Notes: a model not told the origin generated them from the letters alone. Shown: positions 36,855-48,516, counted from the first letter of the stretch. The stretch: 64,000 bases of DNA from Scyliorhinus canicula (GCF_902713615.1 NW_024055479.1:1-64000), one strand, 5' to 3'. Translations and numbers: made by a program.

Positions 36855-38828
36855 ATGTATGCTCAAGCCGTCAGAAGTCGTGTCAATGCCAGATTCATCA
36901 CTCGCAATCACAAGGCAGCCTCAAACGTCACCCAAGCACAACGCAACGCCATCCGCACTCTCAAGACCAACCGCAACATCGTCATCAAACCAGCAGACAA
37001 AGGAGGGGCCACCGTCATACTGAACAGAACAGACTACTGCAAAGAAGTATACCGACAACTCGACAACCAGGAACACTACAGGCAGTTACCCGCAGATCCA
37101 ACCAAGGAACACATCCGCCAACTCAGCAGACTGATCAAGACCTTAGATCCAGACCTTCAGAACACCCTACGTGCTCTCATCCCACGTAATCCCCGCATTG
37201 GAGATCTCTACTGCCTCCCGAAAATACACAAGGCCAACACACCAGGCCGTCCTATCGTTTCAGGCAATGGGACCCTGTGTGAGAACCTCTCTGGCCACAT
37301 CGAGGGCATCTTGAAACCCATCGTACAAGGTACACCCAGCTTCTGTCGCGACACAACGGACTTCCTACAGAAGAAACTCAGCACCCATGGACCAGTTGAA
37401 CCAGGAACATTCCTCGTCACAATGGATGTCTCGGCACTCTACACCAGCATCCCCCATGACGACGGCATTGCTGCAACAGCCTCAGTCCTCAACACCGACA
37501 ACTGCCAATCCCCAGACGCAATTCTGCAACTCATCCGTTTCATTCTAGACCACAACGTCTTCACCTTCGACAACAAATTCTTCATCCAGACGCACGGAAC
37601 AGCCATGGGGACCAAATTTGCACCTCAATATGCCAACATCTTCATGCACAAGTTTGAACAGGACTTCCTCACCACACAGGACTTTCAACCGATGCTATAC
37701 ACCAGATACATCGATGACATTTTTTTCCTTTGGACCCACGGCGAGACATCACTGAAACGACTACACGATGACATCAATAAGTTCCATCCCACCATCAAAC
37801 TCACCATGGACTATTCTCCAAATTCAGTTCCATTCTTGGACACACTCGTCTCCATCAAGGACGGTCACCTCAGCACCTCGCTTTACCGCAAGCCCACAGA
37901 TAATCTCACGATGCTCCACTTCTCCAGCTTTCACCCGAAACACATTAAAGAAGCCATCCCCTATGGACAAGCCCTCCGTATACACAGGATCTGCTCAGAC
38001 AAGGAGGAGCGCAACAGACACCTACAGATGCTGAAAGATGCCCTCGTACAAACGGGATATGGCGCTCGACTCATTGATCGACAGTTCCACCGCGCCACAG
38101 CAAAAAACCGCACCGACCTCCTCAGAAGACAAACACGGGACACCACTGACAGAGTACCCTTCGTCGTCCAGTACTTTCCTGGGGCGGAGAAACTACGACA
38201 TCTTCTTCGCAGCCTCCAACACATCATCAGCGAGGATGGACATCTTCCCAAGGTCATCCCCACACCCCCACTACTGGCCTTCAAACAACCGCGCAACCTC
38301 AACCAAACCATTGTTTGCAGCAAATTACCCAGCCTTCAGAACAGCAACCACAACACCACAAAACCCTGCCAGGGTAATCTCTGCAAGACATGCCAGATCA
38401 TCGACATGGACACCACCATTACACGTGGAAACACCACCCACCAGGTACGCGGCGCATACTCGTGCGACTCGACCAATGTAGTCTACCTCATACGCTGCAG
38501 GAAAGGATGTCCCGAAGCGTGGTACATTGGCGAGACCATGCAGACACTGCGACAACGAATAAACGGGCATCGTGCGACTATCAACAGGCAGGACTGTTCC
38601 CTTCCAGTTGGGGAACACTTCAGCAGTCAAGGACATTCAGCCTCTGATCTCCGGGTCAGCATTCTACAAGGAGGCCTTCAGGAGACGCGACAACGCAAAA
38701 TTGCTGAGCAAAAACTTATAGCTAAGTTCCGCACGCATGAATGCGGACTCAACCGGGATCTGGGATTCATGTCGCATTACATTCGGCCCCCACCAACAAG
38801 CCTGGACTTGCAGAGGCCTACCGACTGA
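36855..38828 (+). CDS. PLE reverse transcriptase + GIY-YIG endonuclease (5' truncated, uninterrupted 657 aa)
   Basis: LVTMDVSALYTSIP, GTAMG, RYIDD RT motifs; CxxxxCxxC linker; VVYLIRC..WYIGET GIY-YIG. Confidence 0.92.
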   Translation: MYAQAVRSRVNARFITRNHKAASNVTQAQRNAIRTLKTNRNIVIKPADKGGATVILNRTDYCKEVYRQLDNQEHYRQLPADPTKEHIRQLSRLIKTLDPDLQNTLRALIPRNPRIGDLYCLPKIHKANTPGRPIVSGNGTLCENLSGHIEGILKPIVQGTPSFCRDTTDFLQKKLSTHGPVEPGTFLVTMDVSALYTSIPHDDGIAATASVLNTDNCQSPDAILQLIRFILDHNVFTFDNKFFIQTHGTAMGTKFAPQYANIFMHKFEQDFLTTQDFQPMLYTRYIDDIFFLWTHGETSLKRLHDDINKFHPTIKLTMDYSPNSVPFLDTLVSIKDGHLSTSLYRKPTDNLTMLHFSSFHPKHIKEAIPYGQALRIHRICSDKEERNRHLQMLKDALVQTGYGARLIDRQFHRATAKNRTDLLRRQTRDTTDRVPFVVQYFPGAEKLRHLLRSLQHIISEDGHLPKVIPTPPLLAFKQPRNLNQTIVCSKLPSLQNSNHNTTKPCQGNLCKTCQIIDMDTTITRGNTTHQVRGAYSCDSTNVVYLIRCRKGCPEAWYIGETMQTLRQRINGHRATINRQDCSLPVGEHFSSQGHSASDLRVSILQGGLQETRQRKIAEQKLIAKFRTHECGLNRDLGFMSHYIRPPPTSLDLQRPTD

Positions 38829-38973
38829 ACTGGCTTGGGACAATTCACACCCCTTTAACCTGGAGTTACCTCTCTCTCTGCATCTTTGATGATTTGATTG
38901 CCTGCAGGTGCTCGCATTCCGGGGCATCTCTGACTGTGTCTATATAAACATTTCTGGAACAAGCCTTTCCATT

Positions 38974-39008
38974 CACCTGAAGAAGGAGCCGTGCTCCGAA
39001 AGCTCGTG
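38974..39008 (+). ncRNA. Minimal type I hammerhead ribozyme in the PLE terminal repeat
   Basis: CAC-CUGAAGA-aGGAGC cgu GCUCC-GAAAGCUC/GUG: conserved core, stem II, palindromic AGCU stem III (dimer type), 3-bp stem I; predicted cut after 39005. Confidence 0.8.
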
Positions 39009-39335
39009 TTTGAAACAAACCTGTTGGACTTTAACCTGGTGTTGTAAGACTTCTTACTGTGCTCACCCCAGTCCAATGCCGGCATCTCCACATCATTATT
39101 TAGACATGACATTGAAAGAAATTATTAGTTACTATTACATTACAGCCAAAATGATCTCGTACATTTTAAACTGAAAAGCAGAAATACTGTCCATGATTGT
39201 GTCAGTTACAGATGCAGAATAATAAACTGAGAGAATTTTACTGTGAGAGTCACCAAGAGGAGATATTGTATTTCTGTCACACACAGATCATAATAAACAG
39301 CTGAGGAAAATCTACAGCGTCCGAACGTCAACCCA

Positions 39336-39344
39336 TCACTTGAT
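39336..39344 (-). CDS. IGHM: IgM heavy chain TM2 exon (I-K-stop)
   Basis: TCTCTCTCTTTTACAG|ATC AAG TGA, 138 bp after the TM1 donor; gives a K-I-K cytoplasmic tail. Confidence 0.8.
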   Translation of the reverse strand: MK

Positions 39345-39482
39345 CTGTAAAAGAGAGAGAAAATAATGAAGCAGATGTTTATGATCTGGGACATTGATGT
39401 TAGAGTTTTTACTCAATCAAACATTTAGTGCTTTTAAACAGCTTCTGTCAGTTTGATGTGTGAGTGGATTGAATCTTCTCAC

Positions 39483-39601
39483 CTTCACCAGAGTGACTGC
39501 AGCGCTGTAGGAAATGCTCAGGAAGAACAGGGTGATGAATGTGGAAGCGGTTGTCCAGATGTTGCCGTTATCATCCTCATCGTCTTCAGTCCAGGTGTGG
39601 T
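39483..39601 (-). CDS. IGHM: IgM heavy chain TM1 exon (5' boundary uncertain: 39601 with AG, or 39610 with GG)
   Basis: DHTWTEDDEDDNGNIWTTASTFITLFFLSISYSAAVTLVK|GTGAG; CART-type Ig transmembrane motif. Confidence 0.88.
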
Positions 39602-39774
39602 CTGTGGTATCCATGGGGATAGAGCCCAATAAATATAATCAGATTGTTTGTTAATACACGTTTTGTTTTTAATATTCTCGTTTCATTTTCTCCCTCTGCT
39701 ATTTCATTCTTTAATATATTTGTCATTGCATATCTACTGTTGAGTTCATGGCACTCGGAAATCGATCTCTGTAA

Positions 39775-41217
39775 CTTTTTCCTACCAATTAAGGGGCAAG
39801 TTAGCCTGGCCAATCCACCTACCCTGCACATCTTTGGGTTGTCGGGGTGAGACCCACGGGTCATGGAGAAACTCCACTGGGATAGAGACCGAAGCGCGGG
39901 ATCAACCCAGGTCCATGGTGGCGTGAGGCAGCAGTGCTAAACATTGCGTCACAGTGCCGCCCTTGCCTGACGTTTGTGTTTGTTCTTCATCTTTTGTGTC
40001 TCTGTAGATGCGAAATTCGTGTTTCTTTACTCTTAATTTGTGTGTCCCGATGCCTTGATAAGTGTCATAAGGGGCTGGTTTAGCTCACTGAGCTAAATCG
40101 CTGGCTTTTGAAGCAGGCCAGCAGCACGGTTCGATCCCCGGACAGGCGCCGGAATGTGGCGACTTGGGGCTTTTCACAGTAACTTCATTGAAGCCTACTC
40201 GTGACAATAAGCGATTTTCATTTCATTTTTCAATTCATTTAATTGTGTGTGTTCATGTGTCAATGAATATTGATCTGTGAATTTTTGTGTCAGCGCCTGT
40301 ATGTAAATTTATCTTAAGTCAATGTGTATATATGAGTGTTTTATTGTGCGTGTTTGTGTGTTGAAGCCTATGTTTATATTCTAATGCCTGTGTTAATATA
40401 AGTTTATACTTCCTTGCTCAGCAATAAAAGTGTTAATGTGGCTTTATACGTTCAACATGGGGCAGCAGGGTAGCATGGTGGTTAGCATAAATGCTTCACA
40501 GCTCCAGGGTCCCAGGTTCGATTCCCGGCTGGGTCACTGTCTGTGTGGAGTCTGCACGTCCTCCCCCCTGTGTGCGTGGGTTTCCTCCGGGTGCTCCGGT
40601 TTCCTCCCACAGTCCAAAGATGTGCGGGTTAGGTGGATTGGCCATGCTAAATTGCCCGTAGTGTCCTAATAAAAGTAAGGTTGGGAGGGGGTGGGGGGGT
40701 TGTTGGGTTACGGGTATAGGGTGGATACGTGAGTTTGAGTAGGGTGATCATGGCTCGGCACAACATTGAGGGCCGAAGGGCCTGTTCTGTGCTGTACTGT
40801 TCTATGTTCTAACATGCATGTCAGTGTCTTAATGTTTGTGTCTGGATAAGTGCGTTTGTGGGTGTGTGTTTGTTGATGCATGTAATTCATCATAGAATCA
40901 TCATCGTATAATCCCTACTGTGCCGAACGAGGCTATTCGGCCCATTGAGTCTGCACCGACCCTCCGAAAGAGCACTCTGCCTGGATGCATGCCCCTGCCC
41001 TGTCCGCAGAACATCGTAACCCCACCTAACGTTGTGGGCATTAAGGGGTAATATAGCATGGCCAATCCACCTAACCTGCACAGCTTTGGACTGTGGGAGG
41101 AAACCGGAGCACACGGAGGAAACAGGAACAGACACGGGAGAACGTGGGAACTCTACTTAATCACCCAAGGCTGGAATTGAATCCGGGTTTATGGCGCAGT
41201 GAGGTAACAGTGCTACT
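39775..41217. mobile_element. Four SINEs in the CH4-TM1 intron (39775-39962 -, 40070-40230 +, 40459-40811 +, 40890-41217 -)
   Basis: Heads, V-domains and tails match the families above. Confidence 0.85.
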
Positions 41218-42339
41218 TATGCGTTGATGGTTGTTTCTAACTATCTATTGAAGTGTATTGATGACTCTATGTGTATTCATCTGTGTTCGTGTTAGCGTGT
41301 GTCCGTCTGCTAATATGTGTCTACGTGAGCCCATTAGTGTGTTAATGTGGATTATTGTCTCTGTTTGAATGGAAATATTTCTGTCATCGTGAAATTCTGC
41401 TAATATAAATGTTATTGGTTACATTAGTGTTTCATAGTCTTCTGTCAACCTGCTTGTCTGGTTTTATATGTTTGTGCATCTGTTTGGACATGTGGTTGTA
41501 TGTGTCTGTTTGTGTACATTACCCGCTTGTGTGTGTGGATTTGTCTGTGTCTGTGTAGATGTGGACGTGTGTCTGTCTCTGTATAAGCATGTGTTTTTGT
41601 GTTTATGTGCATGTTTGTGAATTTTTGCGCACGTTTGCGTGTGTTTTTGTGTCAAAATATGTGTGGTTCTCTGTGCCTGGGTGTATGTTTATGCATGTGT
41701 TTCTATGTATGTGTCTATATGTGTGTTTGTGTCTCCGTGTGAGCTTGTGTATGTTTGTGGGTCTGTGTGGATGTGTGTGTAATGCTTGTGTCTGTTTATC
41801 TGTCTGTGTATTTGTATCAGCTGCCTGTAGCTTTGCCAGTTGTGGGTATTATTGTACCGATGTAGAATATGTTGAACTTTCTGCTTATAAATGTGTTTTC
41901 TGTGAGATGCAAGCTGACATCAGGTGACCTAATGCAAAAATACCAGGAGGTGCCGCAGGAGAGAACAGTGAAAACCCAGAGAGAATTCAATCACCAGTCT
42001 GGATTTGGATTATGGGGAATCGGTTTCAGCATACGGATAAGAGGAACAAGGGGGCTAAAAAATTATGTTGCATAAATAGATACTTTAAGAACATCTTTAT
42101 CATGATGGTCTTTTAAAGCCTTCAGCCAGTAAACTACATGCCGCCTTGTAATGTCAGTAACTGAATTCTTAGTCTAGAGAACCGTTTGCTTTTCAACTCC
42201 CTGCTTGGGGACTGGGAAGATATAGAGTTAATAATCTCCCACTCTGGTCAGCTCAGCAAATTGACTTTGGGTTCTCCCTGCTGGAGGTTGAGATACAGAG
42301 AGTTCACTCATCACCTTCCTCCTCTTGTGGTCGGGAAAG

Positions 42340-43610
42340 TGGAGTTAAAATGGGTTATTATTGCCCCTTTGCTCTCTTTGTTGGGGAAGTGTGGGTACAG
42401 TGGATTAAATAATGCCGCTCCACTCATTGTTGGAAGCGGGTGAACAGTGGATTACTCAGGCCCCACCGTCTCTTTGTTGGGGAAGTGAGGGTATAGTGTG
42501 TTAACTAATGCCCCTCCCCCTCTCTTTGTTGGGGAAGTGAGGGTACAGTGTGTTAACTAATGCCCCTCCCCCTCTCTTTGTTGGGGAAATGGGGGTACAG
42601 TGTGTTAACTAATGCCCCTCCCCCTCTCTTTGTTGGGGAATGAAGGTACAGTGGATTAACTAATGCCCCTCCCCCTCTCTTTGCTGGGGAAATTGAGGTA
42701 CAGTGTGTTAACTAATGCCCCTCCCCTCTCTTTGCTGGGGAAATTGAGGTACAGTGGGTTAACTAAAGCCCCCCCTCTCTCTGTTGGGGAAGTGGGGGTA
42801 CAGTGTGTTAACTAATGCCCCTAGCCCTCTCTTTGCCTGGGAAGTGGGGGTACAGTGTGTTAACTAATGCCCCTCCCCCTCCCTCTGTTGAGGAAGTGGG
42901 GGTACAGTGGATTAACTAATGCCCCTCCCCCTCCCTCTGTTGAGGAAGTGGGGGTACAGTGGATTAACTAATGCCCCTCCCCTCTCTCTATTGGGGAAGT
43001 GGGGGTACAGTGGATTAACTAATGCCCCTCCCCCTCCCTCTGTTGAGGAAGTGGGGGTGCATTGTGTTAACTAATGCCCCTAGCCCTCTCTTTGCCTGGG
43101 AAGTGGGGGTACAGTGCTTTAAGTAATGCCCCTCTTCCTCTCTTTGCTGTGGAATTGGGTTACAGTGGATTAACTAATGCCCCTCCCCCTCTCTCTATTG
43201 GGGAAGTGGGGGTACAGTGGATTAACTAATGCCCCTCCCCCTCTCTCTATTGGGGAAGTGGGGGTACAGTGGATTAACTAATGCCCCTCCCCCTCCCTCT
43301 GTTGAGGAAGTGGGGGTACAGTGGATTAACTAATGCCCCTCCCCTCCCTCTGTTGAGGAAGTGGGGGTACAGTGGATTAACTAATGCCCCTCCCCCTCCC
43401 TCTGTTGAGGAAGTGGGGGTACAGTGGATTAACTAATGCCCCTCCCCCTCTCTCTATTGGGAAGTGGGGGCACAGTGGATTAACTAATGCCCCTCCCCTC
43501 TCTCTGTTGGGAAGTGGGGTACAGTGGATTAACTAATGCCCCTCCCCATCTCTCTGTTGGTGAAGTGCGGGTACAGTGGATTAACAATTTCCCTTTTCCC
43601 TCTCTTTGAC
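42340..43610. repeat. ~52-bp minisatellite, over 20 copies (GGGGGTACAGTGGATTAACTAATGCCCCTCCCCCTCYCTCTRTTGRGGAAGT)
   Basis: Period 52 read at 43212, 43264, 43316. Confidence 0.95.
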
Positions 43611-44052
43611 TGGAGATTGTTGGTCCATGTTTCTGTGTGACCCTCAATCCAGTTCCCAGTGGGTGTGATACAGCAATTTAAAGCTTGACATTAATTTTAA
43701 AGGGATGGACAATGGGAGAAGCAGGAACACCGAGATCTAAATGTGATGGTTTGTTTGTCTGAAATGAGGAATTGTCCGATTTCTCCTCAGCGGGAGGAAA
43801 GTCAATGAAGATATTTTGCTGAATCCTGGAATGAATGAGTTTTACTCTGTCTCTATCCCAGGGTGTATCTGAGCTGGGAGCACTGGTTGTATCAGACTTG
43901 GGCCGAAACCTGTAGAAATTCGGGTCTCATTGAACAGATCTAATATCAGCAAAGTGGAAGCTCCATTAATTAAGCGGCTGTGTATTTAAATCACAATTGA
44001 GGAAAAAACCTTTATTATTTTTATTTTAGTTCGAAATATAACCAATCGATTC

Positions 44053-44444
44053 TCATTGACATGAATTAACGGTGTCCATCAGAGCGAGGGAAATGTTCAC
44101 AAAACTGGGTTTACCGCTGGATTTATCAACCGTTCTGTTGATGATCTTCAAGGGGATGGCTTCATGTCCCACCACACAGGAGTAAGAAGCGCCGCTGGCC
44201 CACTCCTCCGCTGCAATGGATAACAGGCTGTACATGAAGAAGGAGCTATTGCCGTTCTCCGCCATCACCTCGGTGTTCTTGTAGTTCCTGGGATTCACCG
44301 GCTTGTCATTGACGGTCCACTTGACGAAGATCTCTCGGGGGGAGAAACCTCTCACTAAGCAGCTGAGGGAGACGAATCTCTGAGCGGAGACGTCTTCAGC
44401 CGAGGGCAGGAGGACAGAGACGGACGGTTCCCGCGGATTGGGAT
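44053..44444 (-). CDS. IGHM: IgM CH4 plus secretory tailpiece
   Basis: Acceptor TTTTCTGCAG|AT; [17 protein letters not shown]; tail [19 protein letters not shown]-stop; internal TM donor AGC G|GTAAA at 44115; AATAAA at 44016-44011 and 44025-44020. Confidence 0.95.
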
Positions 44445-44729
44445 CTGCAGAAAATGTACAATAAATGTCAATAAAATGGGGAATTCCGGAGACAATGGAA
44501 CCGCGGGTTAGATGTGGGAGAAATGTGTTTTGTGTTGGATTTTAAAGGTTTCCATTTTCCGCTTTGGGATCTGTCCGGGTTCCCAGCTCGGAGCAGAGGT
44601 GGGCACAATCCTTTTCCCTGAGAATTTACGGATATTTGATTCGAAAGTTTCAGAAAGTGTACAGCAGGGAAACAGGCCATTCGGCCCAACTGTTCTGTGC
44701 GGGTGTCTAAACTCCAAACCAGGCTCCTC

Positions 44730-45830
44730 CCACCTTACCCCAAGAAGATTGGAAAACTGCCAATGTCACACCCTTATTCAAAAGGGAGGGTGTCAAAAAC
44801 AGGTAACTATAGGCCAGGGACGTTAACATCTGTCAGTGGAAAACGGTTCGAGTCCATTATAACAGATCCAATAGTTGAGCATTTCGAAATACACAATATA
44901 ATCAAACAGAGTCAGCCCGGCTTCGTGAAGGGGAAATCAGTGCCTGACAAATTTATTGCCCTTATTTGAGGTGATAACGAGAAGGCTAGAGAGAGGGGGA
45001 CCAGTAGATGTAATATACATAAATTTCAAAACTGTGTTTAATAAATGAATGCACTATTCCCACGGCTGCAGATGACAAAAATATAAAGGCAAGTGGTGAG
45101 GTTACAGAAAATCTAGAGAGGGACAGGGACAGCTTAAGTTACTGAGTAAAAACTTGGCAGATGGAACCTAATGTCGGAAAATGTGAGGTTAGCCACTTTG
45201 GTAGGAGGAGGAACATAACGGAATATTATTTAGATGGAGAAAGCCTGGAGAAAACTGAAGTAACGGGGGAATTGCGGGTCCTCGTGCAGAAAGCACAAAA
45301 AGCAAGTTCTGCAGGTAATATGGAGACAAATTGAATGTTGACATTTATTTCAAAGGGAATAGAATATAAACATGGGGAAATCGAGCTAAAACTATACAAG
45401 GCATTAGTTAGACTGCACCTGATATACTTTGAACAGTTTTGGTGCCCTTATCGAAGGAAGACAGATTGGTTTTGAAGGCAGTCCAGAGAAGGATCACGAG
45501 GCTGATCCCGAGTATGGAGGGATTTTCTTATGGGGAGAGGTTAAGTAGGCTGGGCTGTACTTATTGGAGTTTAGAAGAATGAAGGCGGCCTAATTGAGAC
45601 ATGAAAGATTCTCAGGGAGCTTCGGAGTGTAGTCGCTGAGAGGTTGTTTCCCCTGTGGGAGCATCTCGGACCAGAGTGCAGGATCACATAGTCAATGTTC
45701 GCCCATTTCAGACAGAGATGAGAAGGAATTTCCTCTCTCAGAGCGTCGGGGAGCTGTAGAATTATTTAACCCAGGGGGCTGTAGATTCTGGGTTGTTCAG
45801 TATGTTCAAGGTTGAGAGAGACATATTTTA
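44730..45830 (+). mobile_element. CR1 ORF2 fragments in the CH3-CH4 intron
   Basis: GNYRP..LTSV.GK.FESII..QPGFVKGKS (ORF 44697-44969) and later RT C-terminal similarity. Confidence 0.75.
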
Positions 45831-46432
45831 AACCAATCAATGCATCGAGAGATATGGGATTAGATTTTGTTTATTGTCACGTGTACCAAGGTACTGTGAA
45901 AAGTATTTTTCTGCGAGCAGCTCAACAGATCATTAAGTACGTGAAAAGAAAGGGAAATAAAATAAAATACATAACAGGGCAACATAAGGTTCACAATGTA
46001 ACTACTTAACACCGGCATCGGGTGAAGCATACAGAGGTGTAGTGTTAATGAGGTCAGTCCGTAAGAGGGTCGTTTAGGTGTCTGGTAACAGCGGGAGAAG
46101 GCGGGAAAGAGGAGTTGAAGATCATCACATCAGATCAGTTATGATCTCATTGAAGGCTGGATCAATGTTGTTGGGCTGAATGGCCTTCGGCTGCTCCTAA
46201 GTCTTGTGGTCATTGGTCTAGCTCCGTCTAAATCCCATATCACTGCTTTTAATTCATTGTTCCTTCATCTACGTATCAATTTCCCCCTTAAGATCAACAC
46301 GCCCAAAATATTTATTCGTGGAATTACCAATCAGAATGGATCATAAATACACTGAATGCTAAATACTGACCGCTGCACTGAAGCTAGAAATAGACACAAT
46401 GGCTCAATTATTGCTTCAGTTTCACCGCTCAC

Positions 46433-46741
46433 CTATTTTTTTGTGGATTGAAATTCTTAAAGGAGGTGGCAGGTCCTGATGGCTCGCCACACAGTCAAAT
46501 ACAGCCCCACTCAGCCAGGCTTGTGTCGAGATGTTTAATTTGCTGACCACGCTCTCAGTATCTGCCCCAGGCTGGTTGGCAATCTCTGATTTCAGCGGCT
46601 TCTTCGCTTCACTCCAGGACACGTTGACTCCATAAGGACCATTCGAAATGACGCAGGTTAAGGTGACAGTCGCGTCCAGTAAGACCTGTTCTATTGGTGG
46701 TGGCAGTATTGTTACTGAGGCATCAGTGCAAACGGAAGGAT
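46433..46741 (-). CDS. IGHM: IgM CH3 exon
   Basis: TTCACAG|AT .. ATA G|GTGAG; 309 nt, phase 1-1; VTLTCV..VSW..FDCVASH. Confidence 0.95.
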
Positions 46742-47374
46742 CTGTGAATGAAAAGAGTGGAAATCGACTCAAGTTTCAGCTTCAGAATCAGGACAGCAGG
46801 ATTCAGCCTTCACCCACTCAGTGGGAATAAATCAACTTCAAAACTTCTAATGATCGCCATTAATCTTCTGTACACAATGGAAAACCAGTTTTGTCACCTT
46901 AAACGATTCTCATTGTGAAATACAGTCAGCCCCAATGGCATTCTAATGAATGAGTATTGCAGCATTTCCAATACAAATATTCCAATCCTTATCTCGGAAA
47001 CCTAATATGGAAGGCTGATTTATAAATAGGTTGAATGAACTTTCCCAACACTTTACCTTGGAACTGTTATCAATAAAGGGGTTCAGACACCCACTACCTC
47101 TCAAATATAATCAGCTGTCTCAGGATAAAGCTGATATCAAGGCCACCTCATTCACTAAATGATTTCAAATTAGAGGCAAACATTTATTTCTCGGCTGATC
47201 AAATCCTGAATGGTGAGCAATCCTAATGCAGCTCTTACATCAGAATGAAACACAAACTACGTGGCAGTAAATTATAAGTTACTCTGTGCTTTGTATTAAC
47301 TTCAGTAAATTTCTGATTTGTATTAACATCAGAGTGCAGGATGATTTATTGTTTCCTCTGTTTGTGTCTCTTAC

Positions 47375-47683
47375 CAGACGCGGTGATGTTGTGACTTTGG
47401 GTGACCTCTTGATGAATGACCTGGCAGGTATAGACCGCTTTGCTGAACCATTCCCCAGCGGAGACTGTCAGCCGACTGCTCGCCGAGAAGTTCCCGTTCA
47501 CTTCACAGGCGGGAGAGGTGACAATTCCTGAACCCATGGCTTGTCCATTCTTCAGCCACTTCACCGTCATTGACTTTGGACGGAAATCGTTAATTGAACA
47601 GACGATGGTTGCAAATTTCTGTCTTGTGATTTCTTCACTGGAACTCACGGTGAGGAGAACATTTGGAGCATAAATTCTGGGAC
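47375..47683 (-). CDS. IGHM: IgM CH2 exon
   Basis: TTGAAG|GT .. TCT G|GTAAG; 309 nt; ATIVCSI..VKW..YTCQV. Confidence 0.95.
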
Positions 47684-47892
47684 CTTCAAGAAACACAATG
47701 AGATATTTCTTGCAGAAGAAATTGATAAATAAAATGAGTTCATATATTTATATAAATGTTTGTGGTCAATAGACACTAAGCTGGATTTTCCAGGGATCAG
47801 GAATATGCAGAGTATTACAAATGAGTCATATCCAAGACCCTATATAAGGTAATCATAGGTTTTCTATTTCTCACAGGTTCCATAACACTTAC

Positions 47893-48192
47893 ATTCCATT
47901 CCAATGCTCTTGTCTGAGCCGCTGTGTCGAACCTCACAGCTGATTTTACTGCATGCCCCCTCTGACTCGGTGATGGTTAACTGGCTGCTCAGGGTGTCGG
48001 TTCCCTTCTTGTTTTTTACTGATGGGTATTTATTAACTCCAGTGGTGATCAGCTGCCCATCTTTCTTCCAGGTAAGGCTGGTGATTTCTGGGGAGTAGTC
48101 CATCGCCAAACAGCCGTAGGTCACGGAGCCGTCGGTGTTGTGTTGCTGACATGAGGAGACCAGACTGTAGAGAGTGGGCGGAGACGGTGTCA
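47893..48192 (-). CDS. IGHM: IgM CH1 exon
   Basis: CTCCCCCAG|TG .. GAA T|GTAAG; 300 nt; [21 protein letters not shown]. Confidence 0.95.
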
Positions 48193-48506
48193 CTGGGGGA
48201 GAATGTCCCATTCAACAAGTTAGACTCTGGTATTTGTGATTTATAAGTAACCAAGCATTTCATAATTTGACTAGAACTATGATTTTATCCTAACATTTAC
48301 CGATTAAATCCCACATCCACATTGAATCTCCTATCAGTTCTATTGTTCGGAATCACCTACTTTTTGTACCTTCAGAAACTCACCTCTTTCTCCATCTCTA
48401 TCACAAAAAAAACATTTTGATGTAATATGAATGGTGTAACTTTCATTGGATTGAAAGAGAGGAGCAGAGAGTTTTCTCCATTATTTCAGCCACCATGTAA
48501 TATAAA

Positions 48507-48514
48507 ATGCAAAT
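48507..48514 (-). promoter_or_regulatory. Perfect octamer (ATTTGCAT on the Ig sense strand) in the J-CH1 intron
   Basis: ATGCAAAT on plus at 48507-48514; function not shown. Confidence 0.35.
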
Positions 48515-48516
48515 GA

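Larger units (their letters stand above)
35282..39095. mobile_element. Penelope-like element (PLE), inverted partial-tandem insertion with 12-bp TSD
   Basis: Arms 35282-36817 and 37523-39058 (1,536 bp each) are reverse complements; TSD TTATTTAGACAT at 35270-35281 and 39096-39107. Confidence 0.95.

Noticed and set aside
35282-39095. PLE inverted repeat as a fold-back assembly artefact
   Set aside because: A 12-bp TSD brackets the whole structure, the arms end at different points, and unique sequence continues on both sides; read-level confirmation is still advisable
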